Assembly: GCA_964106645.2 (NCBI GenBank)
Contig: OZ067042.1
DNA length: 64,000 nt
DNA from: Podarcis pityusensis
Lineage: Eukaryota
Direction: 5' to 3' (one strand)
The notes under the pieces are model-generated. The model made no database searches, was not told where the DNA came from, and was given only the letters and a program-made list of their open reading frames with translations. Below, piece by piece: positions 23,578 through 34,750 of the stretch (its first letter is position 1; each line of letters opens with the position of its first letter). Made by a program: the position numbers and the translations under genes.

Positions 23578-24421
23578 TTGTGTTGTTAACATTACATGCA
23601 GTTGTTTTCCAACTTTGAAGAAAACAGGACTGAGGGGCACCAATAGGAATGGAGAACAGACTATTTCTGCTGCACAATATCCATTTCTTGACAGCACAAT
23701 GATATAGCCACAACAGCAACCAAAAAGTGCCATGTTTTCTCAAGATGAGTCTTGAACAAGGCTCTTGGCAGAATTTCTTTCTTCTTTCCTCTCACTTTCT
23801 GTTCAAAGCCAAATCCCCTGTGTATAAGCTTAGTCATAGAATGGATGTCGGAGCTGGAATGCCTTTTTTGTCATTTCTTTACATTCATTTCTTTTCAAAT
23901 CTGTAGTTAGGCCAGGACATGAAGTTGGACACTGAAGGGTATTTTTTGTTGCTGCTTCAGTGACAGGTTTTCATACTGTATGGTTCTGCATTTATTTATT
24001 TTTGTCTAGTAAAATGTTGGTTCTTCAACAGTATACCGACTTCTGAAAAGCCATAATAATGACCTAAAGAGCAATTTCTGGAAAGTAGAAATAGCCAAAG
24101 ATAGCAGAAAGTTGCAGATATTTTATGTTTAGCATTTGCCTTCACACTTACCACCTCCACAGCCCAGCCCAGACACACATACAAAGCAAAGCAGAGTGAA
24201 AATCACTGTTTGTTTGCTATTTATTGAGACATCCACCCCACCTCTGCCCCCCCAACTACATCTGTGGCTTCTTAGTGCTTATGTAACAATGCCATCAGCT
24301 TGATAATAATGAATAATTATCAAGTGCAAAATGCTACAATATTATTCCCTATGCGTCAGGATTTGAAACCTGCCAGATGTACATTTATGGAAGAAGTGTG
24401 CTATAAATTATTAGGTAAATA

Positions 24422-24663
24422 CAGTGGTACCTCGGGTTACATACACTTCAGGTTACATACGCTTCGGGTTACACACTCTGCTAACCCAGAAATAGTGCTT
24501 CAGGTTAAGAACTTTGCTTCAGGATGAGAACAGAAATTGTGCTCCGGCGGCGCAGCGGCAGCAGGAGGCCCCATTAGCTAAAGTGGTGCTTCAGGTTAAG
24601 AACAGTTTCAGGTTAAGAACGGACCTCCGGAACGAATTAAGTACTTAACCTGAGGTACCACTG
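24422..24663. mobile_element. Tigger/pogo-like MITE (inverted relative to the 9088 copy)
   Basis: TA|cagtggtacctcgggtta...taacctgaggtaccactg|TA. Confidence 0.92.
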
Positions 24664-25016
24664 TAGGGTGAAGGCCGTTCCTAGTGTGCATGTTCAGGTA
24701 TTATATACTGGTGAAAATGGAGACTTGGTGTAAGAGATATTTGTGCACTTGGTCACTCCCCTTTCTTGTGTACAATGAAGAACCATATTGCCCAGTGCTG
24801 TAGGGTTTGAACCATGCAGGATAGTGTTACCATAACTGGGGATCTGCCTGGCCAGGGAAATCAGGTGACACTACAGGGCCTCTGTTTGAAGGGCTGTTTT
24901 AAAGATAAGGAAGAGCAAGGCCTTGAAGTTGCCCATCAGCAATTAGCACCTGGAAGCAGACAAAGCAGACACCAGATAGCATCTAGTCTCAGTCTCCCCC
25001 ATTACGGTGTGAAGTG

Positions 25017-25560
25017 CATCCCCTCCTAAAGAAGACCACCCTGGATCCTGTGGTTTTTAACAACTATCACCCAGTCACAAATGCTCCTTTATTTGGTAAG
25101 GTGGTGGCCAGGCAGCTGAAGGACTTTCTGGAGGACCTGAATTACATGGCTCTATGCCAGTCTGGGTTCAGGTGCAGTTTCGTGACTCAGTCAGCCATGT
25201 TTACTCTGATGGATCACCTGTATCAGGAGCAGGACAGGAGTAGTACCCTCTTGGACTGGTTTTGTGGAATAGGCATAGAAGACACTGTTTTACAGTGGCT
25301 CCACTCCTACATACAGGATCATGTCCAGATAATAGCTTTGGGAAACTACATTATCACCTCAATGGTCCTTGCTCTATGGTGTGCTGTATTTGGGGTTCAG
25401 TAAGCCAATATCTCACAGCTCCATAACATCTGAGTTAGGAGAGTCTGTACATGAGCTGCACCATTGTCTAGGCACAGAAGTGAACTGGATAAGGGCCAAT
25501 ACACTGAGCTTGAACCCTCAGATGATGGAGGCACTGTGTATTGATGGGAGGTCAGGAGAT
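25017..25560 (+). mobile_element. Old, internally deleted L2 RT fragment
   Basis: PLLKKTTLDP..NYHPVTN.PLFGKVVARQL..QSGFR..GIEDTVLQWLHSYI..WIRANTLSLNP parallels the L2 RT at 39439-40800. Confidence 0.8.
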
Positions 25561-26447
25561 CCCCTGAACAGCTTGTGTGGGAAGGGGAGGAGGAATTATT
25601 CCATCTGACAAACTGAAATGTGTGACATAGAATTCCATCCACTGCATTCAAATAAATGTGATCCACCCATTTCATTCAATACTTTATCCCTGCAGAGAGG
25701 GGAAGAGATGCAAGAGAGACTCATACTGCTTAGAGAAATCTCGCTAGAATGCGCTAAATGAGATTTGAAGTTATCTTCTAAACCCTAATAGAGAAGGGGG
25801 GATAAAAAGCTTATAAAAGTAAGTGTTATCTGTAAATAAACACAAAGGACAAAACAAATATTTAACAGAGAAAGCAAAAAACTCAGCAGGATAGTACTAT
25901 TTTTCTCTTTAGTGCTTATTAAACTGTAAACTGTATGAATACCATTGAATAGGCTGACAAGAACCATATTGTTATTTTTAAGCATCCAGGAAGATATGGT
26001 CTTTTTAAAAAACATACAAACCCCAAAACAGTAAATAGAAAAAACACATTAAAAAATTATAACAGTGCCTGAGTTAAATTACAAATGATTTCCTGTATTA
26101 AAGGATCTGTTTTTAGTTAATATTAATATCATTGTGAAGATGAATGGGAACTATTCCTTTATTTATTTCCCTCATTCATTCATGGCAGCTTTTACAGGAT
26201 TAATATCCTTGGGAAGAGGGAATACTGGAGATGATTCTTTACAATAATCCAAGCATAAATGTGAGTGTAAATACCGGAGTGCACCAGTATTTACACTCCA
26301 TCCAATCCTAATTTGCTCTGAGAACAGCAAAGTCCAGTCTTCTTAAAAAGCCTTGCAATTTCAGTCAGCCCAAGCCCAATCGAAGGGTGCGTGCAAGGGT
26401 CATACTGTTTGCAAGCTTTGCAAGGGTCCCATCAGGTAAGAGTACAG

Positions 26448-26902
26448 CTGAGATGGGGAACCCTTTATCACTTCATGGACTAGATCCTTAGCAGGATCAG
26501 CCACATGGGCCACATTTGATAGGTGAGTGCAGCCACCTATCTGTCTTCACAAGTCAGTGCAAGGTGCTTTGAAGTCTTTAACCAAGGACTTCAAAGCACA
26601 TTGCAAGGCACTGCAAAAATTAAGGCTTTCCCGCCTGTGCTTTAGCAGGGGTTTCCATGGACTCTAGCTGAACTGAGCAGGATTTGAGGCCTTCTCCATC
26701 AGGTGATGAGGGGAGGGCGGTTAAATCCTACTCATGTTGGCATTGCACTGACTTCCTGCTGGGCACAGGTGCATTGAGTCAACACAGGATTTAATCCTGA
26801 CCTCCCACCCATCAGATGACATCATGAATGGTTTGGGTAAAATGGCCTCATGGGCTGATTTGAACCATATTTGGCCCATGGGTCAGAGGTTACTTACCCC
26901 TG
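26448..26902. mobile_element. Old non-autonomous hAT-like element with internal hairpin
   Basis: Ends ctgagatggggaacc / ggttacttacccctg, degenerate 8-bp TSD (5/8). Confidence 0.55.
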
Positions 26903-27913
26903 GTGCACAAACCATTCATGTGATTAGGAAGCTTATAAGGCTAGGTGGTTTCCAAATCCACCAACTCTAAGAAAAAATAATTGCACAATAGTATTTCCAG
27001 TTGTTTCAACACTGAAACTGTAAATATTGAATCTAAAGCAAGCTTCTGTTATTTCCATTTGTTTTAAGCATAATTTTAAGGTTGTATAAAAGTAATGTTA
27101 TTAATTTAAACTGGTGTAGGAAAGATTCATTTTTGTATTATCCGAAGCAGTGCTATAGATCAATGAGAAAAATAATTTGGAGTAAAGTTGGAAATCATGT
27201 TTCATAAGACACATTGCAAATACAGAGAAGGATCAAAGGAATAATGTTAGAATGCAATAGGTAATTATGTTTTGTGTTTGGATTTCTGAAACCTTGTTTA
27301 CTATATTTTGTAAAAATAAATTTCAGGTATTTGTCATACCTTACAAAACATGAGCAAAGGAACTCTTGATAATTCAGAATTAATGATGCAATATAAATGT
27401 AAGCTATTCCTGCAAAATGAATCTACACAAAACATACTTGTATATATCAAACCAGTGGTTTGCCTAGTGATTCATGCCTGATCTTTATTACACCGGCATA
27501 AAGCTTAATTTCCGGTAGCTATTACTACATAATTTCACTACACAATTCAGATATCAAAAATAATTTCCATTTTCTGTTTATATACTGAAACTGAGCACAA
27601 TTATACAAAATGTTAAATGTCCATGTTTTTGACGATACCATTTTGTAAAAGCCTGAAAAGAAGAAATAACTTTAAACACAAATACTCTGGGAAAATTTAG
27701 TTGCTATAACAACACACTGCTGTTCTGGTTGAGGTATCGTTTTTAAATGTATTTTTTAAAGTTAGGTTGCCATAACAATAGAATGCATTTCTATATTCAA
27801 TTACCATTGTTTTTGGCTTTAAAATAACAGAATGAATATTGCGTGCTTAATCAAAAATCTTCCACTTATATTCCTGTGCTCCCCTGTGGTCCTGCTTGCC
27901 ATAGGATATTGTA

Positions 27914-27976
27914 TTCCCCAGAGTGGCTGGGGAAACCCAGCCAGATGGGCGGGGTATAAATAATAAATTAATTAAT
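27914..27976 (+). mobile_element. L2 3' tip
   Basis: cccagagtggctggggaaacccagccagatgggcggggtataaataataa, flanked by atattgta at 27906-27913 and 27977-27984. Confidence 0.8.
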
Positions 27977-28106
27977 ATATTGTAGACCTCCTGCTGTGCA
28001 GATCCTCCTTTTACTAGCAATAGAAAGCTCTACTATTGGGGCAACATAACATTTGGTGCTTCACAGGTTGTTAGGGCAAAAGGAGTGTGGATGCTCTGGA
28101 CGTATT

Positions 28107-28770
28107 TAAGAATATAAAAATAGGCTGTTGGATCAGGCCCATCTAGTCCAGCATCCTGTTCTCACGATGGCCAACCAGATGCAGGATTTGAGCATGAGAG
28201 CACTTTCCCCTTCCGTGCTTTCCAGCAACTGGTATTCAGAAGCATTGCTTCCTCCAACTGTGGAGGCAGAGCACAGCCTTCATGGGTAGTAGCCATTGAC
28301 CGGCCTCTCCTCCGTGAATTTGTCTCATCTGCTTTTAAAGCCATCTAGGTTGGTGGCCATCACTGCCTCTTGTGGGAGGGAGTTCCACCGCTTAACTATG
28401 CACTGCATGAAGAAGTACATTATTTTATCTGTCCTGAATCTCCCAACATTCAGCTTCGTTCGATGTCCATGAGTTCTAGCATTATGAGGGGGGATAAAAA
28501 ACTTTTCTCTATTCACTTTCTCCATTCCATGCATAATTTTATAAACTCCTATCATGTCACCTCTTGCATGCCTTTTCTCTAAACTAAAAAGCCCCAAATG
28601 CTGAAACCTTTTCTTCATAGTGGAGTCACTCCACCCCTTGATCATTTCCATTGCCCTTTTCTGAACCTTCTTGAACTCTACAATGTTTTCTAGGTAAGGT
28701 GACCAGAACTGTACACAAATGTGCTTGCATCACAGATTTATATAACGGCATTATGATATTGGAAGTTTTA
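28107..28770 (-). mobile_element. CR1 LINE 3' end
   Basis: ORF 28325-28651 (HLGLFSLEKR..RGDMI.VYKIMHG..FF...V..WNSLP..V.A..LDGFK) is the CR1 ORF2 C-terminus. 3' UTR contains aggatgctggactagatgg. Confidence 0.93.
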
Positions 28771-28863
28771 TGACCTGCTGAAATTTAAGAACCTAACATA
28801 GTTGTGTTTTTCCATTTCAATGGATACCAGCCTAAGCAATTAATCTTCTAGTATGGATATGGG

Positions 28864-29228
28864 GGGACGCGGGTGGCGCTGTGGGTAAAACCTCAGAGCC
28901 TAGGACTTGCCGATCGTATGGTCGGCGGTTCGAATCCCCGTGGTGGGGTGAGCTCCCTTCTTTCAGTCCCAGCTCCTGCCCACCTAGCAGTTCGAAAGCA
29001 CTCTTAAGGGCAAGTAGATAAATAGGTACCGCCTTATAGCGGGAAGGTAAACGGCGTTTCCGTGTGCTGCGCTGGTGCCGGCTCGCCAGAGCAGCTTCGT
29101 CACTCTGGCCATGTGACCCGGAAGTGTCTCCGGACAGCACTGGCCCCCGGCCTCTAAGCGAGATGGGCGCGCAACCCGAGAGTCGGTCACGACTGGCCCG
29201 TACGGGCAGGGGTACCTTTACCTTTACC
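28864..29228 (+). mobile_element. Sauria SINE, full length, CpG-rich
   Basis: gggacgcgggtggcgctgtggg head and (tttacc)2 tail. 12-bp TSD tatggatatggg at 28852-28863 and 29229-29240. Confidence 0.95.
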
Positions 29229-30394
29229 TATGGATATGGGGGCTTGTCAAATCTTAACTTTTTACCATTTTTACATTAAAGCTAACAGTGGTTTAGAAAG
29301 CTCTGATTGCGACCTGCCAGCCTTTCCTAAGCTTTCTTTACATTAAGGGTTTATATAGAGACTTTACAGTATCTTGAGGGTTGCAGTAGAAAAATTGAAC
29401 AATGCTGTGGGGCTAAAGAAATGTAAACTGTTATTCAGTAAAAGGCCTTTTTTCTGGACTTACAGTGCGACCCTCTACACATCTGCTAAAAAGTAAGCCC
29501 CGCTGAATTCAATAGGATTTACTTCCAAGTAAGAATATATAGGATTGCAGCCTTAGTAAATGTTGATAGTTCATAAAGACTGGTAAACTTTGCTGTGAGC
29601 TTAGAAATTGATGCAACTTCCCTTCTACCCTTGTTGGTCTTAAACACACGTATTTGAACCACTGGTTGACATTTTCGTATTGTTTTTATGACTTCTTGGT
29701 TAAACACTAAATTTGACTTGGATGATTTTTTAAATTACACTTCTGCCACCATTTGAACTACAAAGGCTGACTAGCATGTGACAGCTTCAAACTTATTTTC
29801 CTCTTTAGTTAACTCACCAAAACCTTTAGAGATGCTGTGTTAGCTGTTTCTGCCAGAATTTGGTTTTGTTTCTTTAACGGGATGAGGAAGTAGTGGAGCT
29901 TGAAAATTATTTAACAAACTGTGAGAACTATTCTCCTAAATGCTTTTTAATGTACAATATAAGCCTATAAATGTAAGAATATGACCAAAGAAGTAGAAAG
30001 ATTAGGAGACTGCAGATTTTGTGATCAACTTTTGCTCTCCTATGCTCTCCTAATTTTCTATCATTCTCAATTCCCTCTCCTTGCAGTAAGGAAGATGCTA
30101 AAAATATACTGCTTCTTGTTTAACTACTTTAAGTGGCAAACATTCAGTTAGGTCTACTTTAAATTAAAGGGGAATTAAGTAAACAGTGAAGGAGTCCCTC
30201 CGTTTTAAAGTTGTTTTGAGAGCTTGTGTTGCATAATGGCTACAACAGAGGCTGAGGTGTCAACTAAGACACTCCCAGTTCAGTTTTCCCCTTTGCCCTG
30301 CACTGGTCTTATCTAAGCTATTATCATTCATCCTCAGGCCCCTACCTACAGTTTGGAGGTACGCTACCCTAAGAGAGTGTTACAAGGATGGCAT

Positions 30395-30770
30395 ATGTTA
30401 CACTAAACTATGGTCTTGGAAGGGCATGAATGAGCAACAATAAGTATGTGCTCCCCCCCTTCCCTTCCCTTCCCTTCCCTTCCCTCTCCTCTTCCATAGC
30501 TACAAGGAAGAAATTGGAAGCTTTTGCGATTTAGCATTATGTCCAGATAGGAACAGATTGTTCTTAGTCTAAACTCTAAACTCTGGTTTGCTGAAACACC
30601 AAACTGTGTTAAGGCTAACTACTGTTTAGAATTTAGAAGTAACACTAAAGTGTAGTTAATTTAAAAATGTATGTGAAAGCTTCCATGCAGCCATGCTAAA
30701 GGAGGAAGGAGGAGAGAAAGTATTGTGGAAGTCCAAGGCTCCTAGTTTAGCACTATGTCTTAATGAGGCC
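30395..30770. mobile_element. Old DNA-transposon-like repeat with aaactatggt/aaactgtgttaa motifs and a (CCCTT)n tract
   Basis: Loosely similar degenerate blocks occur at ~3060-3300, ~37020-37345 and ~59380-59640. Boundaries approximate, family not assigned. Confidence 0.35.
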
Positions 30771-30905
30771 TCTGTATATGAAGGAGTTTGAGCAATCTAA
30801 AGTGATGTATGAAATTTAATCATTATTTTATTCATTGAGTACATCTTTATTTCTTCCTTATTTCTTTAGATTGCTTTTACATTGTTTGAACTTTTAGGTA
30901 CCTAG

Positions 30906-31274
30906 TGTTGGGATACTGCCAGGGAGATAAAGTCCATCATGACCCCCAAGCCGGCTGCCGGACAAGCCATCGACCTCCCATAGTCACGCAGTATCAGCAA
31001 TTAGCGACATGAGCTCCAGAACATTCTAGAGCCGATGCACACTCTTTATCAGCAGATAATGCACAGCAGAAGTCACACTCAGGAGAGCATTATTTACAAG
31101 TTTTATTCAGCGTTGATCAGAACAAAGAAAACCATGACTGCCTGCATCGATGTCTCCAGACACAGAGAGAAAACGAAAGCAATAGCAAACATAAACATCC
31201 TGTGAACAGGACATGCGCAGACTCTGACTCACAAAGCCTGCTCCCTTTTAAGGTGGAACGGAAATATCCTAACA
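30906..31274 (-). mobile_element. Solo LTR
   Basis: tgttgggata...tatcctaaca terminal inverted repeat (9/10), perfect 5-bp TSD cctag at 30901-30905 and 31275-31279, AATAAA on minus near 31103. Confidence 0.9.
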
Positions 31275-32959
31275 CCTAGGACTTGGTGGGGTTAAATTAT
31301 TACTCACATTGGCAACACATTACAATAACAAAAACTTGTCTACTCAGTAATGGTATGTTAGAACCAATAAAATATACTGCTATTCCCATTCATCTGATCT
31401 CAGTCCTATTGGATGTCTGGGCTCATATTATCTATGAACTTGTGCTATAAGGTGATATAAATCTCTGCTTTTGTACGTGTTTCTAAAGCAATATTGCCAC
31501 GTCTTGTGAGCATGTGCATGTTTCCAAAGCAATATTGACATCACTTGTGGAGAGAAGAGACACTTCCCAGTTTTAGATATTTGTAGTATTCTTGATTGAA
31601 TGTGAATTTTATGGAAGGCAAATACTGCTGGAATAAACTCTCGCATGATGAAAAGTTCTTGTGATCGCCCCTTAAATTCTGCCAGTATGTTACTTGAATA
31701 CTGATAGTAGATTAGATTCTGACAGAATTGGTTCTGAGAATGCCTTTCTGTTGACAACTTTGTGGGAAGAAAAAACCTACCTGCGATAATGTTACCTTGT
31801 AACTTTGCTTTCCCCCTTTTTCATCTCTCAGCTGGCATTTTCAAGGCTGTTCAAAGGAACACACTGAAAATAACTAAAGCAAAGACAATAGTTTCATTAA
31901 AAAATATATATATAATTTGACTGTTGAGGGGGATGCTAGTGCTTTATTATTATCTTGCTTAGGTCTGATCACATTCATAGTTCTCAGCCTCTGTCTGCCA
32001 TTTCTCATTTGCCAGGCACCAAATCAAAGCACACTGTGTGATTGTTCTAACATGTACAATGATAGAACCTTACTGCTTTTTAACCAACCTGTCATATTTC
32101 ATTGTTGCTTCTTTGTAAATACAGTTGGTGGGAGCAACAGGATTACATTGGAATTTGGAGAAGGAGTTTTGATCCCAACAACTTATGGGTAGAATGGTCA
32201 TCCTTAAGCTTTGCAGAAACCACTGTGTTTGTGTGTGTGAATGCACACCCACACCCACACCCCAGGAACTTGAAGCGGAACAGTCCAGGCTATTAGGAGA
32301 GTCCAGGTGCTTGGCACTTAAAGGTGAATACATAAAAAAGGAAACTGCTTCAGTTATTGGCTGCATTATGTATGCCTGGAGCTGCCAATCAGAGCTAAGG
32401 TCCCACAGGTACATAGTGGGAGGACAGAAAGTATTGCAGTAGTGATCAGCTCTTTGGTATTTTCTACGGATGTTATTTTCTTCTTATCAGCAAGGAGTAC
32501 CAGTTCTGAAGGTAGTATAGTGAAAGCACTCAAAAGGTTAGGGCCAACGCCTGTTGTCTCACCGAGGGTCAGAATGAGGAAATTGTAGTTTGGTCTCCTG
32601 CCTAATGGAGGATGTCTGAAAGAGTCCTGATATGATGGCTTTGTGTGACATTGTAAACTATCCTGTGATCCTTGGATGAAGGGTGAGATATAAATTTAAT
32701 AAATAAATAGGCACAACATGGAGAGCCTTCCTATGACTGTCAGGCACTCCAGCTTTTGGCTGTAATGAATATACTTTTCAAACAGTTGGGACAATGCATA
32801 AGTTGACTAATACTACATGTTAGGTCAAGTACAAAGCCAGCCCAAGGTGTTTTGCTGCTTAACAAGCAACAAGAGATCCTTACCTTAACTCCTCTCTCAA
32901 GGTGTGTAGTACCCAAGATTGGTCAAATTATTTTGACACCTGAAGCAGTGAATCTTACA

Positions 32960-33120
32960 AGTTTGGGCCTCATGTCTGCTGTCGGAGGCAGTATCCCTTT
33001 GAATACCAATTTGGTGGAAACCATAGGAAGGGAGAGTGCTATTGTGCTTCGGTCCTGCTTCGGCACTTTACACAGGCATCTGGTTGAGCACAGTGAGAAC
33101 AGGATGCTGGACTAGATATG
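32960..33120 (+). mobile_element. CR1 3' UTR fragment
   Basis: ggaggcagt..tgaatacca..ggagagtgct..gcatctggtt..gtgagaacaggatgctggactagat is the reverse complement of 28140-28270. Confidence 0.75.
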
Positions 33121-34280
33121 TTCTGTCTAATCATGGTAGGATTAGTCCTCAGTGAGGCACACTTTTTTCTTCATTGAAATTAATCCCACAGCTTGTTGGT
33201 AAAGGAATAGGCATAACCTTGAGCCCACCCTGCCTCTTCTGCAACTTTCCACAAGTCATCCATGAAGTTCCTTTGAGTGCAAAGTGAACAGGGCTGTTCT
33301 ATCTTTATCTCTTACTCACACCTGCTCGCTATTCTATATCAGATAATAAATCAAACCAACATTCATCTGGTCACTCTTTTGAATATATTATTTTGTCACT
33401 GGATTACTGAGTTGGAATACTTAGGTTATGCTCCTTATTGTTCCAAAGGCTGTGTGAGCTGTTAAGACAGCGTAGCATTTTGAAAGTTCTGCATAGTATG
33501 ATATTTTTATATAAACATAAATAACTTGGTTAGTGGCATCTGCCTGCTTGTTGGAGGATGGACAGCACAAAAGGAACAAGAATTCTATAAAATGTTTTGT
33601 TCATATATTTACAGTTTTGCCTAGATAATCAAATCAGGTTCCAACGTGTCACTAATTAAAAATTGTGTGGCTATTACTTTGAGTAAATAAAACCATATTT
33701 AGCACAGGTGTGTGCATAATTATGATATATAAAAGCATTACGTGGTCAGTCAACCTAAGAAGCACTTAATGTGATCTTTGTGCAGTGATCTAGATACCAA
33801 ACGTCAGTGAGAAACATTCATGTTTATAAAATACTAGTAAAGAAAGGTTGCTTTTGACTGCCACCAGAAATCACTCCCCCTCCCCCACACCTTGTTTAAG
33901 TGTTCAGTTGCCCAGATTCAATTAGAATCATGCTAGTCATGCTCTCTCTGTCTTCTTGCTCTCAGTCTGCTATTGCCCATGCACTGATGTTTATTTATGC
34001 ATTTAAAATATATTATTTCAAAATATTTATAGATAACCCTTCGTCCAAAGGAGTTCAGGGTGATTCTCAGTGAACACATCATAATACAAACAGCGAAAAT
34101 ATAGCAGTACGAATAAATATTAAAACACCGCACCAGACTTTGCTGCAAAGGATTAAAGACCCAAGCTACAAAAGATAAAGATCTTCAGTTGCTATCTGAT
34201 GACGAGCAATGAGGGCAGCAGACATGCTTCCAGGGGGGTGTCATTCTAGAGTCAGGGCCACACCACAGATAAGGCCTTCT

Positions 34281-34518
34281 GTGTGGGGCAGTGGTTAAGA
34301 GCAGTAGACTTGTAATCTGGTGAACCGGGTTCGCCTCTCTGCTCCTCCACATGCAGTTGCTGGGTGACCTTGGGCTAGTCACACTTCTCTGAAGTCTCTC
34401 AGCCCCACTCACCTCACAGAGTGTTTGTTGTGGGGGAGGAAGGGAAAAGAGAATGTTAGCTGCTTTGAGACTCCTTAGGGTAGTGATAAAGCAGGATATC
34501 AAATCCAAACTCTTCTTC
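34281..34518 (+). mobile_element. Squam3-type tRNA-derived SINE
   Basis: gtggttaagagc..gggttcg head, gctgggtgaccttgggctagtcac core, ggatatcaaatccaaactcttctt tail. Close match to 51199-51455. Confidence 0.9.
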
Positions 34519-34559
34519 CTCAAATTCTGATGGGGACTGTAAGAAGAATTCCCCCACTT

Positions 34560-34750
34560 CCACCCAGGTGGTGTTAAGGACTGAGTTGGCTGGCAGTGAA
34601 GGAGGCCAGTAATTTCTGCGGGCTTTCCTGACAGTAGCTCTCTGGAGTCTCAAATGGAACCCCTTGCTACCTGGTTCTTCTGGCTGAGGATATCAAGAAT
34701 TGAACTGGGGACCTTCCACATGCACTCTACTGCAGAGCTATAGTGCCCTC
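34560..34750 (-). mobile_element. Degenerate tRNA-derived SINE (Squam2/Anolis SINE2-like)
   Basis: Minus strand atagctctgcagtagag..gaaggtccccagttcaattc resembles an A box/B box head. Confidence 0.4.

Noticed and set aside
32491-32511. 21-nt micro-exon-like segment (ttttcttcttatcag|CAAGGAGTACCAGTTCTGAAG|gtagta)
   Set aside because: Weak donor and no host gene context; such patterns are expected by chance in 64 kb.
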